The notes: generated by a model not told the origin, from the letters alone. DNA of 64,000 nt from Octopus sinensis (GCF_006345805.1 NC_043017.1:4526001-4590000), one strand, 5' to 3'. Shown: positions 16,141 to 28,736, counted from the first letter of the stretch. A program made the numbers and translations.

Positions 16141-16590
16141 ACCAAGCTGGCAGAACTGTTAGCGTTCTGGGTAAAATGTTTAGTGACAGTCTTTCCATCT
16201 TCATGTTTTGAGTTCAAATCCTGCCAAGGTTAACTTTGCTTTCCATCCTCTTGAGGTTGATAAAATCAGTACCAGTTGTGCGTTGAGGTTGATGTAATTG
16301 ACTTGTCCGTTCCCCTGAAATTGTTAGCCTTGTGCCAAAATTTGAAAACAATATACATATATACAAAGTGAGACAGCAGGGTGGCAAAATAGTTAGCATA
16401 CTAGGTGGAATGTGGCTAAAGTATTTCGTTCTGTCTTCACGTTCTTCTGAGTTCAAATTCCACTGAGGTCAACTTTGCCTTTCATCCTTTTGGTGGTTGA
16501 TAATCTAAGTACCACCTGAGCACTGGGGTCGATGTAATTGATTTACCCACTGCCCCAAAACTTCTGGCTTTGTGCCAAAATTTGAAATCA
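16141..16590 (+). mobile_element. Two tandem degenerate SINE copies (family A variant tail)
   Basis: Two units of ctggcagaa...gagttcaaat...tttgcctttcatcct...gtgccaaaatttgaaa. Confidence 0.65.
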
Positions 16591-16928
16591 ATTTGAGATG
16601 AACCTGAGTGGTTGAATGATGAAGATGGTGGTAAAAAGAGGAAAAATTGGTGAGTCCTGTGTAAACGAATGGTAGAAATAAAGTTGACAGCTAAGTGTCT
16701 GATAGGGTAATGAAAGAGTCTTAGTGTAGGGAAAGCAATAGTAGTAGACTTGGCAAGGGGCAAAGGGGACATTAAATGATGATGATTTTATAAAAGGAAA
16801 TGTGATGACAAAGGAATGATTATCATATGGACTTCATTAGCTTACAGTTGTTTCTGCTATAAATGCAGTGCACTCTTAGTTGAGTGCTTGAGTAACACCT
16901 TATAGCTTCAAACACACACACACACACC

Positions 16929-16959
<31 letters not shown>

Positions 16960-17481
16960 TCTTGTTTCAGTCATTTGACTGTGGCCATGCTGGAGCACCA
17001 CCTTTAGTCAAGCAAATCAACCGCAGGACTTATTCTTTGTAAGCCTAGTACTTATTTTATTGGTCTGTTTTGCTGAACCACTAAGTTACGGGGACGTAAA
17101 CACACTAGCATCAGTTGTCAAGCGATGTTGGCGGGACAAACACAGACACACAAACATATATACACACATGCATATATATGACAGTGTGTGTGTATATATA
17201 TATATATATAGAGAGAGAGATGAAAAATGTGTGTTTGTATGTACCCTTTTCTTCATATGACTGTAAATAAGTAATGTTATTCATTTCCAGTTTCCCTTGA
17301 AAAATATGTCTGGCTACATTATCTTGCTTGGGAACATGAGGGTTAGTCACAAGAAGGGCATCTAGCCTTAAAAAATCTGCCTCAGAAAATTCCATCTGAC
17401 CCATGCAAGCATAGAAAAGAGGACGTTAAATGACAAAGACAGTAAAAGATCCTGACTGGCCATTCATGTCTTTCTACATAC

Positions 17482-17875
17482 CATCATCATCATCATCGTT
17501 TAACGTCCACTTTCCATTCTAGCGTGAGTTGGACGATTTGACAGGTCTGGCGAACCAGATGGCTGCACCAGGCTCCAATCTGATCTGGCAGAGTTTCTAC
17601 AGCTGGATGCCCTTCCTAATGCCAACCACTCCGAGAGTGTAGTGGGTGCTTTTTATGTGCCACCGGCACGAGGGCCAGTCATGCAGTACTGGCAACAACC
17701 ATGCTCAAATGGTGCTTTTTATGTGCCACCTGCACAGGAACCAGTCCAGTGGCACTGGCAACGACCTCGCTCGAATGTTTTTTCACGTGCCACCAGCACA
17801 AGTGCTAGTAAGGCGGCACAGGTAACTATCACGCTCGAATGGTGTTTTTAATGTGACATCGGCTCGGAGCCCAGC
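17482..17875 (-). mobile_element. RTE-like LINE 3' UTR with (GAT)n tail
   Basis: catcatcatcgtttaacgtcc start, ggatgcccttcctaatgccaacc core, and gtgctttttatgtgccacc repeats. Confidence 0.75.
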
Positions 17876-18782
17876 TTGTTGCTCTGGCCCCGATCTCACT
17901 CGTATGGTTCTCTTAGTGCTCCACCAGCACAGTTTTTATATTCACTCATCAGCTTCTGGATGATTACTGTGCAACTAGTGATTGAATTGCATGAGAGGTG
18001 ACAAAATTCTGATGAGTTATCTATATGTAGAGATTTCAGCATCTGCCATAAACACTGGATATATTCCAACAAAACTGACATTCGTGACAGACTCTGTTGA
18101 GATTTCTCTGAGGCATACAAATTAACCAATATTGTTGATTCTCTAACTTGTGTTCCAAACGTTAGTATCTGCTTGATCTTTTCCTTACTACACATAAATC
18201 ATTACACTACAACTGTTATCTCTGCTTAACAGATCAGATTACACTTCCATTGTGTTTATTGATGTGCTGAGCAAAGACTCTTTTGATGTGCCATTCTGTT
18301 TTCATATGCTGTGAACAGATGTGAAGGACAGTATTTTTCCAGGCCAATTCCCCACTTGAATATTGCTTTAGATCTAAAGTAGTGGTTCTCAGTCAAGGTC
18401 CATATGACCCTTGGGGGTCTGTATATCAGATTTTGCTGTTAATAAAAGGATTATATTTCTACAAAATATAAAATATTTTAGCAATTTTTTTTTATACAAT
18501 TCCTAATAATATTTCATTATAAAATTACAATAGGACCTTTTATATATATAATGAAAGGCAATGGAAGTCCAATAGTGTAAAACAGGAATCCAAAGGATCC
18601 ATAGGCAAACATGGTTGAGAATTACTGATCTAGATTATCAAAAGTTGCATTTCTTCCACAAAAGCCTTACATTTAACCTTGGTTTACTCCATAATATGCT
18701 TCTGCTTTGCTCATTTCAACCACTATTTCTACCTTTATCATCGAAATAAGAATGATACTTAGGTGGGAGCGTTAAGTAGTGA

Positions 18783-18969
18783 TTCTTTTACTTGTTTCAG
18801 TCATTTGACTGCGGCCATGCTGGAGCACCGCCTTTAGTCCAGCAAATCGACCCCGGGACTTATTCTATCAGTCTCTTTTGCCGAACTGCTAAGTGACGGG
18901 GACGTAAACACACCAGCATCGGTTGTCAAGCAATGCTAGGGAGACAAACACAGACACACAAACATATAT

Positions 18970-19002
<33 letters not shown>

Positions 19003-19173
19003 CATATATACGACGGGCTTCTTTCAGTTTCTGTCTACCAAATCCACTCACAAGGCTTTGGTTGGCCCGAGGCAATAGCAGAAGACACTTGCCCAAGGTG
19101 CCACGCAGTGGGACTGAACCTGGAACCATGTGGTTGGTTAGCAAGCTACTTACCACACAGCCACTCCTGCGCC
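18783..19173 (-). mobile_element. Full-length tRNA-head CORE-type SINE (resembles octopus OR-type SINEs)
   Basis: Head ggcgcaggagtggctgtgtggtaag...ggttcagtccca, CORE-like ccttgggcaagtgtctt, central (TA)/(TG) repeat, tail gaaacaagtaaaag. Confidence 0.85.
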
Positions 19174-19220
19174 ATATGTATATAAATGTAATGTTATTAT
19201 CAGTTCAAATATGCCAATTT

Positions 19221-19425
19221 CATGTTTGAACTCATAAATAGGCCTTTTGCTGTGTTTTGTCATGGGAAAAATTTCTCACTGTAGACAAATGGTGTAAATA
19301 ACACCTAAATCAGAAAATTTCTCACTACAGACATGATTTAGGGGTATTTACACCATTTGTCTACAGTGAGAAATTTTCTCCTTAAGAAAACACAGTGAAA
19401 GGCTTGTTTACAAGTTCAAACTAAT
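19221..19425. repeat. ~200-bp imperfect foldback element
   Basis: Arms aaaatttctcactgtagacaaatggtgtaaata and tatttacaccatttgtctacagtgagaaatttt, extending outwards. A related end lies at about 32980. Confidence 0.7.
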
Positions 19426-19715
19426 GCCAAAATGTTAAAGAACACTGAGACAGCTATGCTAATTCTGTTCTGTTAAAGATTCATCAGAAGGATGGTTCGT
19501 GTGATTTCTGGAGGAAAGCCATTTGAATATGTCATCATCATCATCCTAGTCAGGTGTCACACTAAGTGATGCTGTGGTCATCACGATGTCTTGCTACCTT
19601 CTCCTGTCCTCTACCCCATGGACAGCTGAGAATAAAGACAATCTTTCAGCCAAGAAGTGGGTGGTCTGCCTCTTTTACGTCTGCCGTTCACCTTGCCAGT
19701 TATAATCGTTATCTT

Positions 19716-20086
19716 GTGGAGGAGCAATGGCCCAGTGGTTAGGGCAGCGGACTCGCGGTTTCGATTCCCAGACCGGGCGTTGTGAGTGTTTATTGAGCGA
19801 AAACACCTAAAGCTCCACGAGGCTCCGGCAGGGGATGGTAGTGATCCCTGCTGTACTCTTTCACTACAACTTTCTCTCTCTCTTACTTCCTGTTTCTGTT
19901 GTACCTGTATTTCAAAGGGCCGGCCTTGTCACTCTCTGTGTCACGCTGAATATCCCTGAGAACTACGTTAAGGGTACACGTGTCTGTGGAGTGCTCAGCC
20001 ACTTACACGTTAATTTCACGAGCAGACTGTTCCGTTGATTCGGATCGACCGGAACCCTCGTCGTCGTAACCGACGGAGTGCTTCCA
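19716..20086 (+). mobile_element. tRNA-head SINE family C, full length
   Basis: gcaatggcccagtggttagggcag...gtcgtaaccgacggagtgct. Near-identical copies at 34289 and 47941. Confidence 0.8.
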
Positions 20087-20260
20087 TTCATATAATCGTT
20101 CTCTGAAAAAAATTATTATAAACAAAAAAAGAAAAACACTATAAACAACACTTAAAGCTGAAACATGCGTGAATTGCTGAAAGCAATAAAAAATATAATT
20201 GCTGTATCCAATAATTTTCAAGAATTTTTTTTAACCATCGATAAATCTTTCTGGGACACC

Positions 20261-20407
20261 CGTTATATCGAAACTGTGGCTAAGGATATAGAATCTAACT
20301 TTGAAACGATTTACGTCATTTCGAAAAAAACTATAAGACGCGAAATGGTAAATCGCTGTTAACATCTTGGAACGATAAGTTGACGAAGATTTCAATATAT
20401 CTGTCAG
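20261..20407 (+). promoter_or_regulatory. Putative promoter / non-coding first exon of the 22731 ZNF gene
   Basis: atcgaaactgtggctaa motif; donor-like cag|gtaatg at 20408. Confidence 0.35.
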
Positions 20408-20660
20408 GTAATGTGTCTAAATGATAGAATAACCATCTTCAAGACCGCAGTAATTTTACAGAAACGACAAACCTTAGGGATATCTCTTCTTTGACATTAA
20501 TGCTTATACTCTTTCACACCACCAGGAAAGTCCCACCTCTTTATTCCAGAAGGCATCGCCCTATTTCTTTAGTTTTGTCTTTTTTATTCACTTTTTATTA
20601 TTATTATTATTAATTTTCCAAAGAATGAAATTTGAAAATAACACGTCCGGTTCGTTTCTG

Positions 20661-21040
20661 GGTAATACTTGAGAACAGTGGTCCTGGTGCGCGCACTCGC
20701 GTACTCGCACTAGCTAGTCGTGACTAGTCGATCCTTACTTTGTGTTTTTTTTTTGTGTTATTTACTTTGTTTAACAAAAATTATTTATTTTGGTGTTTTA
20801 TTAGGTTGTCCCAAAAGTTCGTAAACACTTGCGAAAATTGAATTTTTATTCGCCAAGCACTAAAAAACAATAAAAATTATTCCTCAAAATAAAGACCATT
20901 ATTTTCCAAGACTTTCTACGAACTTTTGGGACAACCTTATATTTACTTTGCTAGGTAGTCGTTGTAGGATCGACTAGTCACGTCTAGCTAGCGCGACTAC
21001 GCGAGTGCGCGCACCGGGATCGCTGTTCTCATGTAGTACC
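20661..21040. mobile_element. Merlin-type MITE (same family as 3691, opposite orientation)
   Basis: TIRs ggtaatacttgagaacagtgg / cgctgttctcatgtagtacc. Perfect 8-bp TSD cgtttctg at 20653-20660 and 21041-21048. Confidence 0.85.
20801..20939. mobile_element. 139-bp mariner-type MITE nested in the Merlin-type MITE
   Basis: TIRs aggttgtcccaaaagttcgta / tacgaacttttgggacaacct with TA duplication. Confidence 0.8.
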
Positions 21041-21685
21041 CGTTTCTGCATACGTAAATATGAGGACGCACGAAAAGTGTTTGTCTTTCAAGGTGGTCTA
21101 TCCTGGACTGTCTCATGTTTTTTTTCTTTTATATCAAAATTTCCCTCATCTACCATTTTTCTCTCATAGCGCACCCTGAACTATATTATCTAATTGTACC
21201 CATTTAGAAAACGGATAATGTAGTCCTGAGTACACTAATGCCATATGGTGCGTTACCTACGCACAATGGAGAAGCAAATTTTGAAAAAGAATTTCTCCAA
21301 ATAAAAAAACATTTCCATTTCATTTGTGCAACGCACTGGGAGGCAAAAACATAGGTTTTCTAAATGTGTCTTCAATAATGCTTCAGCAGTGATCAAACTG
21401 GTGTTTTAAAAACGGTTCCAACTGTGACCATCTCGTTTTTTAAAACGCCTTAGCTGTAACCATCGTGTCGTTTTTAATGTCCCCTGTCACCCGTTTTTTA
21501 AAAAAGGATGCATTGGATAACGTAGTCTACTTTACCCGAAAAATAAAAGTGACTGAATGAAGGTCTTTCGTCGTAAGGCTGTAGATGAGAGAAACAACGA
21601 GCGAAAGGCTTCTGTAAGGTCAACTGCTGTCGCCCAACATGCTAGAAATAACAGCTACATTGTTCGTCGTTATATAAATTTCCTT

Positions 21686-22075
21686 ACTCTTTTACTTGTT
21701 TCAGTCATTTGACTGTGGCCATGCTGGAGCACCGCCTTTAGTCGACCAAATCGACCCCTGGACTTATTCTATCGGTCTCTTGCCGAACCGCTAAGTTACG
21801 GGGACGTAATCACACAACCATCGGTTGTCAAGCGATGGTGGGGGGGGGACAAACACAGACACACAAACATATACACACATACATATATATATATATATAC
21901 ACACACACACATATACGACGGGCTTCTTTCAGTTTCCGTCTACCAAATCCACTCACAAGACTTTGGTCGGCCCAAGGCTATAGTAGAGGACACTTGCCCA
22001 GGTGCCATGCAGTGGGACTGAATCTGGAACCATGTGGTTGGTAAGCAAGCTACTTACCACGCAGCCACTCCTGTG
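21686..22075 (-). mobile_element. Full-length CORE-type SINE
   Basis: Same family as 18783. Confidence 0.85.
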
Positions 22076-22179
22076 ATTCTCTGTAAAATAATTGATGGGA
22101 TGGTCAAGCCTGGAATGCATTCAATCACAGGTCAACTGGAACAGAGCTGGCATCTTTTCTGTTGTTGCCACAGTTTTCT

Positions 22180-22320
22180 TAGCAGTTCGGCAAAAGAGAC
22201 CGATAGAATAAATGCTGGGCTTACAAAGAATAAGTCCTGGGGTCGATTTGCTTGACTTAAAGGCAGTGCTCCAGCATGGCCACAATCAAATGACTGAAAC
22301 AAGTAAAAGAGAGTAAAAAG
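22180..22320 (+). mobile_element. CORE-type SINE, 3' fragment
   Basis: ttcggcaaaagagaccgatagaataa...tgactgaaacaagtaaaagag. Confidence 0.8.
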
Positions 22321-22730
22321 AATCTGAAAAGCTGTTGTCTGCAAATATGTAGACTTCAGACAAGGTTATATGATAGTATTTTGATGAATTAAAAAGTGAA
22401 TTTCAGTCATTGAGGTAAATGTTTATGTCAGGAGATTGTTAATATAGAAAAGTAATAAAATTTTTACATAAGTACTCCCTATATCTTATACTATTTCTTT
22501 ATTTCAGAATATCAGACAACATTGGTATAAAATAATATATATATCATCTAATATAAGACTGAAGAAAGATATTATACACAACAAAATTTACAAATGAGTT
22601 AGCAACTTCTGTCGTCAGCAAAGATCACAACTGATGGAAATATGATGTAGAAATGTTTACTAGAAAGGCAATATGAAAACAAGAAGAAACAAAATCTCTG
22701 TCTGTATATTGTGATGAGGGAAGAAAAATA

Positions 22731-24086
22731 ATGGAAAAGGAATTGTCCAAGAACCAGTTTAAATGTAACACACAGTCTAAAATGATTGATTTTCCTGATG
22801 AGATGGGAAGGAAATTGTACCACTGTGATATCTGTAAAAAGTCCTTCTCTCAAAAAAGTAAGCTTACCACTCACAAGCGTATTCATACAAGAGGAAAACC
22901 ATATCATTGTGACATCTGTGGTAAGTCGTTTTCTCTAAGAAGTGACCTGACTAATCATGAAAATATGCATACAGGTAAAAAACCATATCACTGTGACATC
23001 TGTGGTGAATCCTTCTGCAAAAGTAGTACTTTAACTAGTCACAAACGTATCCATACAGGTGAGAAGCCATATCACTGTGATACCTGTGGCAAATCATTCT
23101 CTCATGGAAGTACGTTGACATCACACAAACGCGTTCACACAGGAGAAAAGCCTTACCACTGTAATATCTGTGGTAAATCATTCTCTCGAAATGGATCTTT
23201 AATTATTCACAAGCATATTCATACTGGAGAAAAACCATATTGTTGTAATATCTGTGGTAAATCTTTCTCTCAAACAAGTCAGCTAAGTACTCATAAGCGT
23301 ATTCATACAGGTGAAAAACCATATTGCTGTGATGTCTGTGGTAAATCATGCTCTCAAAAAAGTCAGTTAATTACTCATAAGCGTGTTCATACTGGAGAGA
23401 AGCCGTATCACTGCGAAATCTGTGGAAAATCATTCTCTGCCTCTGGTCACTTAACTACCCACAAATTTATTCATACAGGAGAAAGACTGCATCACTGTGA
23501 TATCTGTGGTAAATCATTCACTCACGGAAACACCTTGACTACACATAAACGTATTCATACCGGGGAAAGACCATACCACTGTGATATCTGTGGTAAATCA
23601 TTCTCGCGAAATAGTTACTTGACTTCTCACAAACGTAGTCATACAGGAGAGAAACCATATCGCTGTGATATCTGTGGTAAATCATTCTTTCGAAATGTTG
23701 ACTTAACTAGTCACAAACATATTCATACGGGAGAAAAACCATATCAGTGCGATATCTGTGGTAAATCAGTCTCTCAAAGGTCTCACTTGGCCAGTCACAA
23801 ACTAATCCATACAGGAGAAAAACCACATGGCTGCGATATCTGTGGTAAATCATTCTCTTTAAGATCTATATTAACTAACCACAGATATATTCATACAGGA
23901 GAGAAACGATATGGTTGTGTTATCTGTGGTAAATCATTCTCTGTAAGTGCTAACTTAAGTAAGCACAACCGTATCCATACAGGAGAGAAGCCATATCAAT
24001 GTGATACATGTGACAAATCATTTTCTCAAAGATATTCCTTGACTAGACACAAATTTATTCATACGGGGAAGAAAGAATATAACTGA
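22731..24086 (+). CDS. C2H2 zinc-finger protein, 451 aa, 15 tandem fingers
   Basis: ATG-initiated ORF with leader [24 protein letters not shown] and a regular 28-aa finger period. Acceptor atttcag at 22507. Confidence 0.94.
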   Translation: MEKELSKNQFKCNTQSKMIDFPDEMGRKLYHCDICKKSFSQKSKLTTHKRIHTRGKPYHCDICGKSFSLRSDLTNHENMHTGKKPYHCDICGESFCKSSTLTSHKRIHTGEKPYHCDTCGKSFSHGSTLTSHKRVHTGEKPYHCNICGKSFSRNGSLIIHKHIHTGEKPYCCNICGKSFSQTSQLSTHKRIHTGEKPYCCDVCGKSCSQKSQLITHKRVHTGEKPYHCEICGKSFSASGHLTTHKFIHTGERLHHCDICGKSFTHGNTLTTHKRIHTGERPYHCDICGKSFSRNSYLTSHKRSHTGEKPYRCDICGKSFFRNVDLTSHKHIHTGEKPYQCDICGKSVSQRSHLASHKLIHTGEKPHGCDICGKSFSLRSILTNHRYIHTGEKRYGCVICGKSFSVSANLSKHNRIHTGEKPYQCDTCDKSFSQRYSLTRHKFIHTGKKEYN

Positions 24087-25565
24087 TATTTGTGGTAAAT
24101 CCTTTCTCATAAATGTTACTGAGCTACACATGCATTTATGGATACTGAAGAAACCACTGTAACAATGTGAAAAGGGATGTTTTTGTATAAGATATATCTA
24201 ACGAATGTACTTTAAAAAATATGATGGTGTGAAAACAACCACCCAACACTTCATTATATACACAAACACATACACACGTCCTCAACTATTCCTACATTGG
24301 TGAGACGGCTTGCTAGTCATTTCAGAATGCTCATATATATTCCATCTAGCATATTTCCAAAGGGAAAAAAAAAGCATTGTATTGATTTATTTGACATTGT
24401 GAATAAATGACTGAGGATTGTATTGTCCTAAATCAGGATCAACTTCTCTCTACAGTTATCATGTTAGAAATAAACACAGGATTCATGGCAAAAATTCTTT
24501 TGTCATACCATAGTAGTATGTATGTGCATGTAAGCCCTTATATATATTTTGGTGCAAGTGTGTTGCTTAGTGGTTAAGGTGTTGGACTCATGATTGTATG
24601 ATTTAGGTTTCAATTCCTCAATCAAGCAATGCAATGTGTTCTTGAGCAAAATACTTCATTCCACTTTGCTCCAGTCCGCTCAGCTGGCAAAAATGAGTAA
24701 TCCTTTGATGGACCAGTGTTCTGTCCAGTGGGGAATGTATGCTCCACATAAACTGGGAAACTAGCCCTATGATTTGTGAAGGATCTTTATCCTTTATCAT
24801 CCTATATATATTATGGATGTTATTTATATACATTTTTCATGTATTCTGATTTGGAGCTTAGTGTATATCTGTCTTCAAGGAAGTGATAATAAGATCTTAT
24901 ATTTATCATTTCTTGTATTCCGTTCTGTGAGGTGGTTGTTGTTAGGGAGGGCATCCAGCTGTAAAGATCATGCCAAAATGGACACAGAAGTCTGGTGCAG
25001 TCTTCTGCCTGTCTGCCTCTTGTCAAACCATCCAACCCATGGCAGTTTGGAAGGTGGACATTAAATGATGATGATGATGTATTTATAGTGTAACTCCTCC
25101 ATGGCAGGTTGAATGTCACTTTGCGAGTGTCAGTGTAGCCTTGAACATAATATAAATGCAAAGTCCATGGTATAATTTATGAATCATCGTCTTCATCAGC
25201 ATTAATGTTTTTATAATGTCCATTCTGTATATTGGTTTGGATAGGAAAAATTTTCATTGATTGTGAAAGCCAACATTTGGATAAATAAACTTGTTTTGCA
25301 TTGGAAAAAGTGTGTTGATTCTGCTGGTGTTTATTTTGATTAATAAAGTTTTGTTTGAGCTGAGATATGTGCACCAGAATTTAAAGGTTAAAAGGAATCA
25401 AGTGATAAAGTTCAAAATCTCTCACCTTTCCCTCTTCTTTTTATTAAATCTCTAGAAGATGAAAATTCAATAAATTATTGAAATAACTTTTAAACAGTAA
25501 TAAGAGATTAGAAAATATAGGGAAATCGCTTTTAAATATATATTCAAAAATGGATGTCACTTTAA

Positions 25566-25918
25566 CCGTTTGGCATTTAAACTGGTTATATCCAGCCCAA
25601 ATATTTTATTTTATGTTCAAGGCGGCCAGATCTGGACTCTCACATGTAGCATACAATGTCATTTTAAAAATAAGCACTCTTAAAGCTACAAGATTAATTC
25701 TTAACAATGTGAATAAATAAACAATACATTTGACAGCAACCATCACCATTATTTAGCATCCATTTTCCCATCCTGGCATGGGTGGGTTGGTTGGTTTAAC
25801 AGGCGCTGGTTAAGCAGAAGACTGCACCAGGCTCCAATGTCTGTTTTGGCATGGTTTTTACAGCTGGATGCCCTTCCTAACACCAGCCACCATACAGAGT
25901 AATCTGAATGCCAAAGGG
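25566..25918. mobile_element. piggyBac-type MITE with a nested RTE tail fragment
   Basis: TTAA on both sides (25562-25565, 25919-25922). TIRs ccgtttggcatt / aatgccaaaggg. RTE tail at about 25740-25895. Related pieces near 33800-34160 and 46000-46245. Confidence 0.65.
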
Positions 25919-26316
25919 TTAAAGCAAAGAAGTTTTACACAAAGAGTGAAATGAAACAAAAGCAAAATTAATGCTACAATCCTTGGGAATATGTAAGAGT
26001 ATATCTCAACTCTTAGAAGAGCTATGCCACTGGTCCTACCAACATTGAATGCAGTATGGCTCTTAAGTATGCACAAATCCTTCAACACATCCAAAAAAAG
26101 ATTACCATTAATTCCTGAGCACATTTATGTTTTTAATGCTTTTGACGCTGCTAGATTGAATGATGCTGCTCAAGTGTCGAAACTAGTGATATTCACTTGG
26201 CAGCAGATGATGGGAATGCATATTTTTTGTGCCTTAGTCTCAATATTTAGTTGTCCTTCATTCTCATAAATTGGAAATTGTTCATGGTTTGTGGAAATTA
26301 CACTGATATTGTTTTA

Positions 26317-26882
26317 TTGGGTTGTCCGGAAAGTTCATGCCGATTTTTAAAGGAAAGAAAAAGGTCAATAAATACTTGCCATTATATTTTTAATCAACGA
26401 AATATGAACCATTTTGTTGCACAATGTGTCTCCATCTTTCCTTTAACTTGAAAATACCCTCTTCCCAGAATTGAGGTGGTTTCATGGCAAAGAATTCATC
26501 AAGGTATCTTTTTACGTCATCCAAGGAATTGAAATTTTTACCATTAAAACTATTCTGCAGAGACCTGAATAAGTGGAAATCCGAAGGAGCAATATCTGGT
26601 GAATATGGAGGGTGGGGTAACACATCCCAGCCGAGCTGCAGCAATTTTTGTCTGCTTCCCAAAACATCAAGTGCCGAAAATGAATTTTCTTATCTTCCAT
26701 TTTAAAGGGTTACAGAATCAACACAGGTTATAGGAACATAAACCTTCTTCCACGAAAAGATAGCTTAAACTGTGCTCTAAATGGAGGTGTAGTCAAATCC
26801 TATTTTATGGACTCAATCATGTTCTAAAATAAGTCGGAAGGTAAGCTGCTATAAATCGGCACGAACTTTCCAGACAACCCAA
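26317..26882 (-). mobile_element. Internally deleted mariner (D,D34D type), 566 bp
   Basis: 30-bp TIRs with 2 mismatches and TA duplication. N-terminus MEDKKIHFRHLMF joined to C-terminal LGWDVLPHPPYSPDIAPSDFHLFRSLQN...KLKERWRHIVQQNGSYFVD*. Confidence 0.9.
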
Positions 26883-27039
26883 TACTTCAGAGATAATCTT
26901 AAGCTAAGACTTAGATAGTGACGTCTAGCCTTGTGGGATTTTGTGGCATGCATATATATAAAGCAAACATAAGGAATGACTTTATCTAGGAATCTAATCA
27001 TCATTATCATCATTTAACATCCTTTTTGCTTCCCAACCA

Positions 27040-27167
27040 TGACTCCAGATTCAGTCCCGCTGCGTAGCACCTAGGACAAATGTCTTCTACTATAGTCTCA
27101 GGCCAATCAAAACCTTGTCACTGGAGTTTGGTAAACAGAAACCTAAAGAAGCTCATCATATATACAT

Positions 27168-27213
<46 letters not shown>

Positions 27214-27375
27214 GTGTGTGTGTGTCCCCCCACCACCGCTTGACAACCGGTGTTGAAATGTTTACATACCCCGTAACTTAGCGGTTCGACAAAAGAGGCC
27301 CATAGAATATGTACCAGGTTTTAAAAGTATTTTTTTTTAAAAGTACCGAGGTCAATTCATTCGACTAAAATTCTT
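27040..27375 (+). mobile_element. Degenerate CORE-type SINE
   Basis: ttcagtcccgctgcgtagcacctaggacaaatgtcttctactatag...ttgacaaccggtg...cttagcggttcgacaaaagag. Confidence 0.7.
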
Positions 27376-27662
27376 CAGAATGTAAATATACGTATGCAAC
27401 GTAAAATGTGGCACGAAGAATTCGCTTATAATAGTCACTGCTCAACAATTTCGCATGCGCAAAGTAAGACCTTGAAATTTTATGCCATCATTTTACTCCG
27501 CTATAAGCAGTGTTGACACACACAAACCAAATGTATGACCTTTTTATATTTATTATAAAACAAAACTCGTAAATTTGGTGTCTCGTAAACCGACTCCTCG
27601 TAAAGTGAGGTATTACTGTATTTGAAATCCAGAGATGCAATTCAGTACAACAGACTGCCGTC

Positions 27663-27777
27663 TAAGAAACACACAAAAGCCGTTCGATTCACTTCAACAT
27701 TTAAGTTTAATTAAACTGACAAATTAAACTTAAACTTAAATGTTGAAGTGAATCGAACGGCTTTTGTGTGTTTCTTA
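27663..27777. repeat. Perfect 48-bp inverted repeat with a 19-bp spacer
   Basis: taagaaacacacaaaagccgttcgattcacttcaacatttaagtttaa (27663-27710) and its exact reverse complement (27730-27777). Confidence 0.9.
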
Positions 27778-27959
27778 AATGGCTTACAAACACCTTCGAC
27801 GCTGCAATTGTTTTCGTTTCAGCACACGATCTCAGATCAAATCACTTGCTATGCAAGTACATCTCCGTAAGACTGCTCTTTGACAAACATCTAAATACAA
27901 GGTGCTACCGACAACGACTTTTTATGAGTTAATTACCCTTCTGAAAAGAACAATTAAGG

Positions 27960-28224
27960 GAAAGTATTTGCGCATGCGAAGTGGGCGCGGCGCGCTTTCC
28001 GCTTCTATCTTGAAAATAAACACGTGCGTCACTTTGTTTATCTTTCTCGGCTGCAAGTGACAATTGTATTCAATCATATCCTTTATAAAACACTTCCGTA
28101 AGTATTCAGTAAAGACTAATTGGCATTCTTTCGATATAACTCAACAAAATCAAAACATTTCCGTGGAAGCAAATGACAGTTTCTTGCTTGGAAATTTGCG
28201 GATTTTACATCACCCATGAAACCG
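27960..28224 (+). promoter_or_regulatory. CpG-rich putative promoter / first exon of the 29.9-kb ZNF gene
   Basis: NRF1-like tgcgcatgcg (27969-27978), gggcgcggcgcg, E-box cacgtg (28021). Donor-like cc|gtaagt (28098) and ccg|gtaaga (28225). Confidence 0.4.
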
Positions 28225-28385
28225 GTAAGAAGAAATATGCAAGGCTTTCTTTCTCCAAGTTTGAAATGGAATCTTTATTATGATAAAAAAAAATGATCTT
28301 ACATAGAGAGGGACGTTACTAGACAAACTGGAACAAAAAATGTTTTATGAGTTCGGATGGATATCGTTTTAAAATTTTACTAAAA

Positions 28386-28736
28386 TCGATTTCCGTAAAA
28401 AACTTCTTTTTTTTTTACATATGGGCTTGCGGGAACTTTTGAAGTAATGAGAGCGAAAGAGACTAAGAGAAAGCGATTGTATGACGAGGGAAGTTCTTTT
28501 GAAGTTACCGTGCATGGGAAGCATTGATATGTCTGTGTGTTTGATGGGGTGTGGGAGACAGACAGTGTGTTGTGTAAGTGAAGTGCTTCTGTTAGTGTGT
28601 GTGAAGAGACAGAGTAATGTGTGAAAGAGAGAGATAACTGAAATTTTTTACTCGGTGTATGTGTATATGTATGTATATTACTGCAAAAGTTCCCGCAAGC
28701 CCATATGTAAAAAAAAAATTTTTTTACGGAAATCGA
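28386..28736. mobile_element. MITE-like element with ~60-bp inverted arms
   Basis: tcgatttccgtaaaaaa...tacatatgggcttgcgggaacttttg versus caaaagttcccgcaagcccatatgta...ttttttacggaaatcga. Outer ends and TSD not resolved. Confidence 0.6.
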
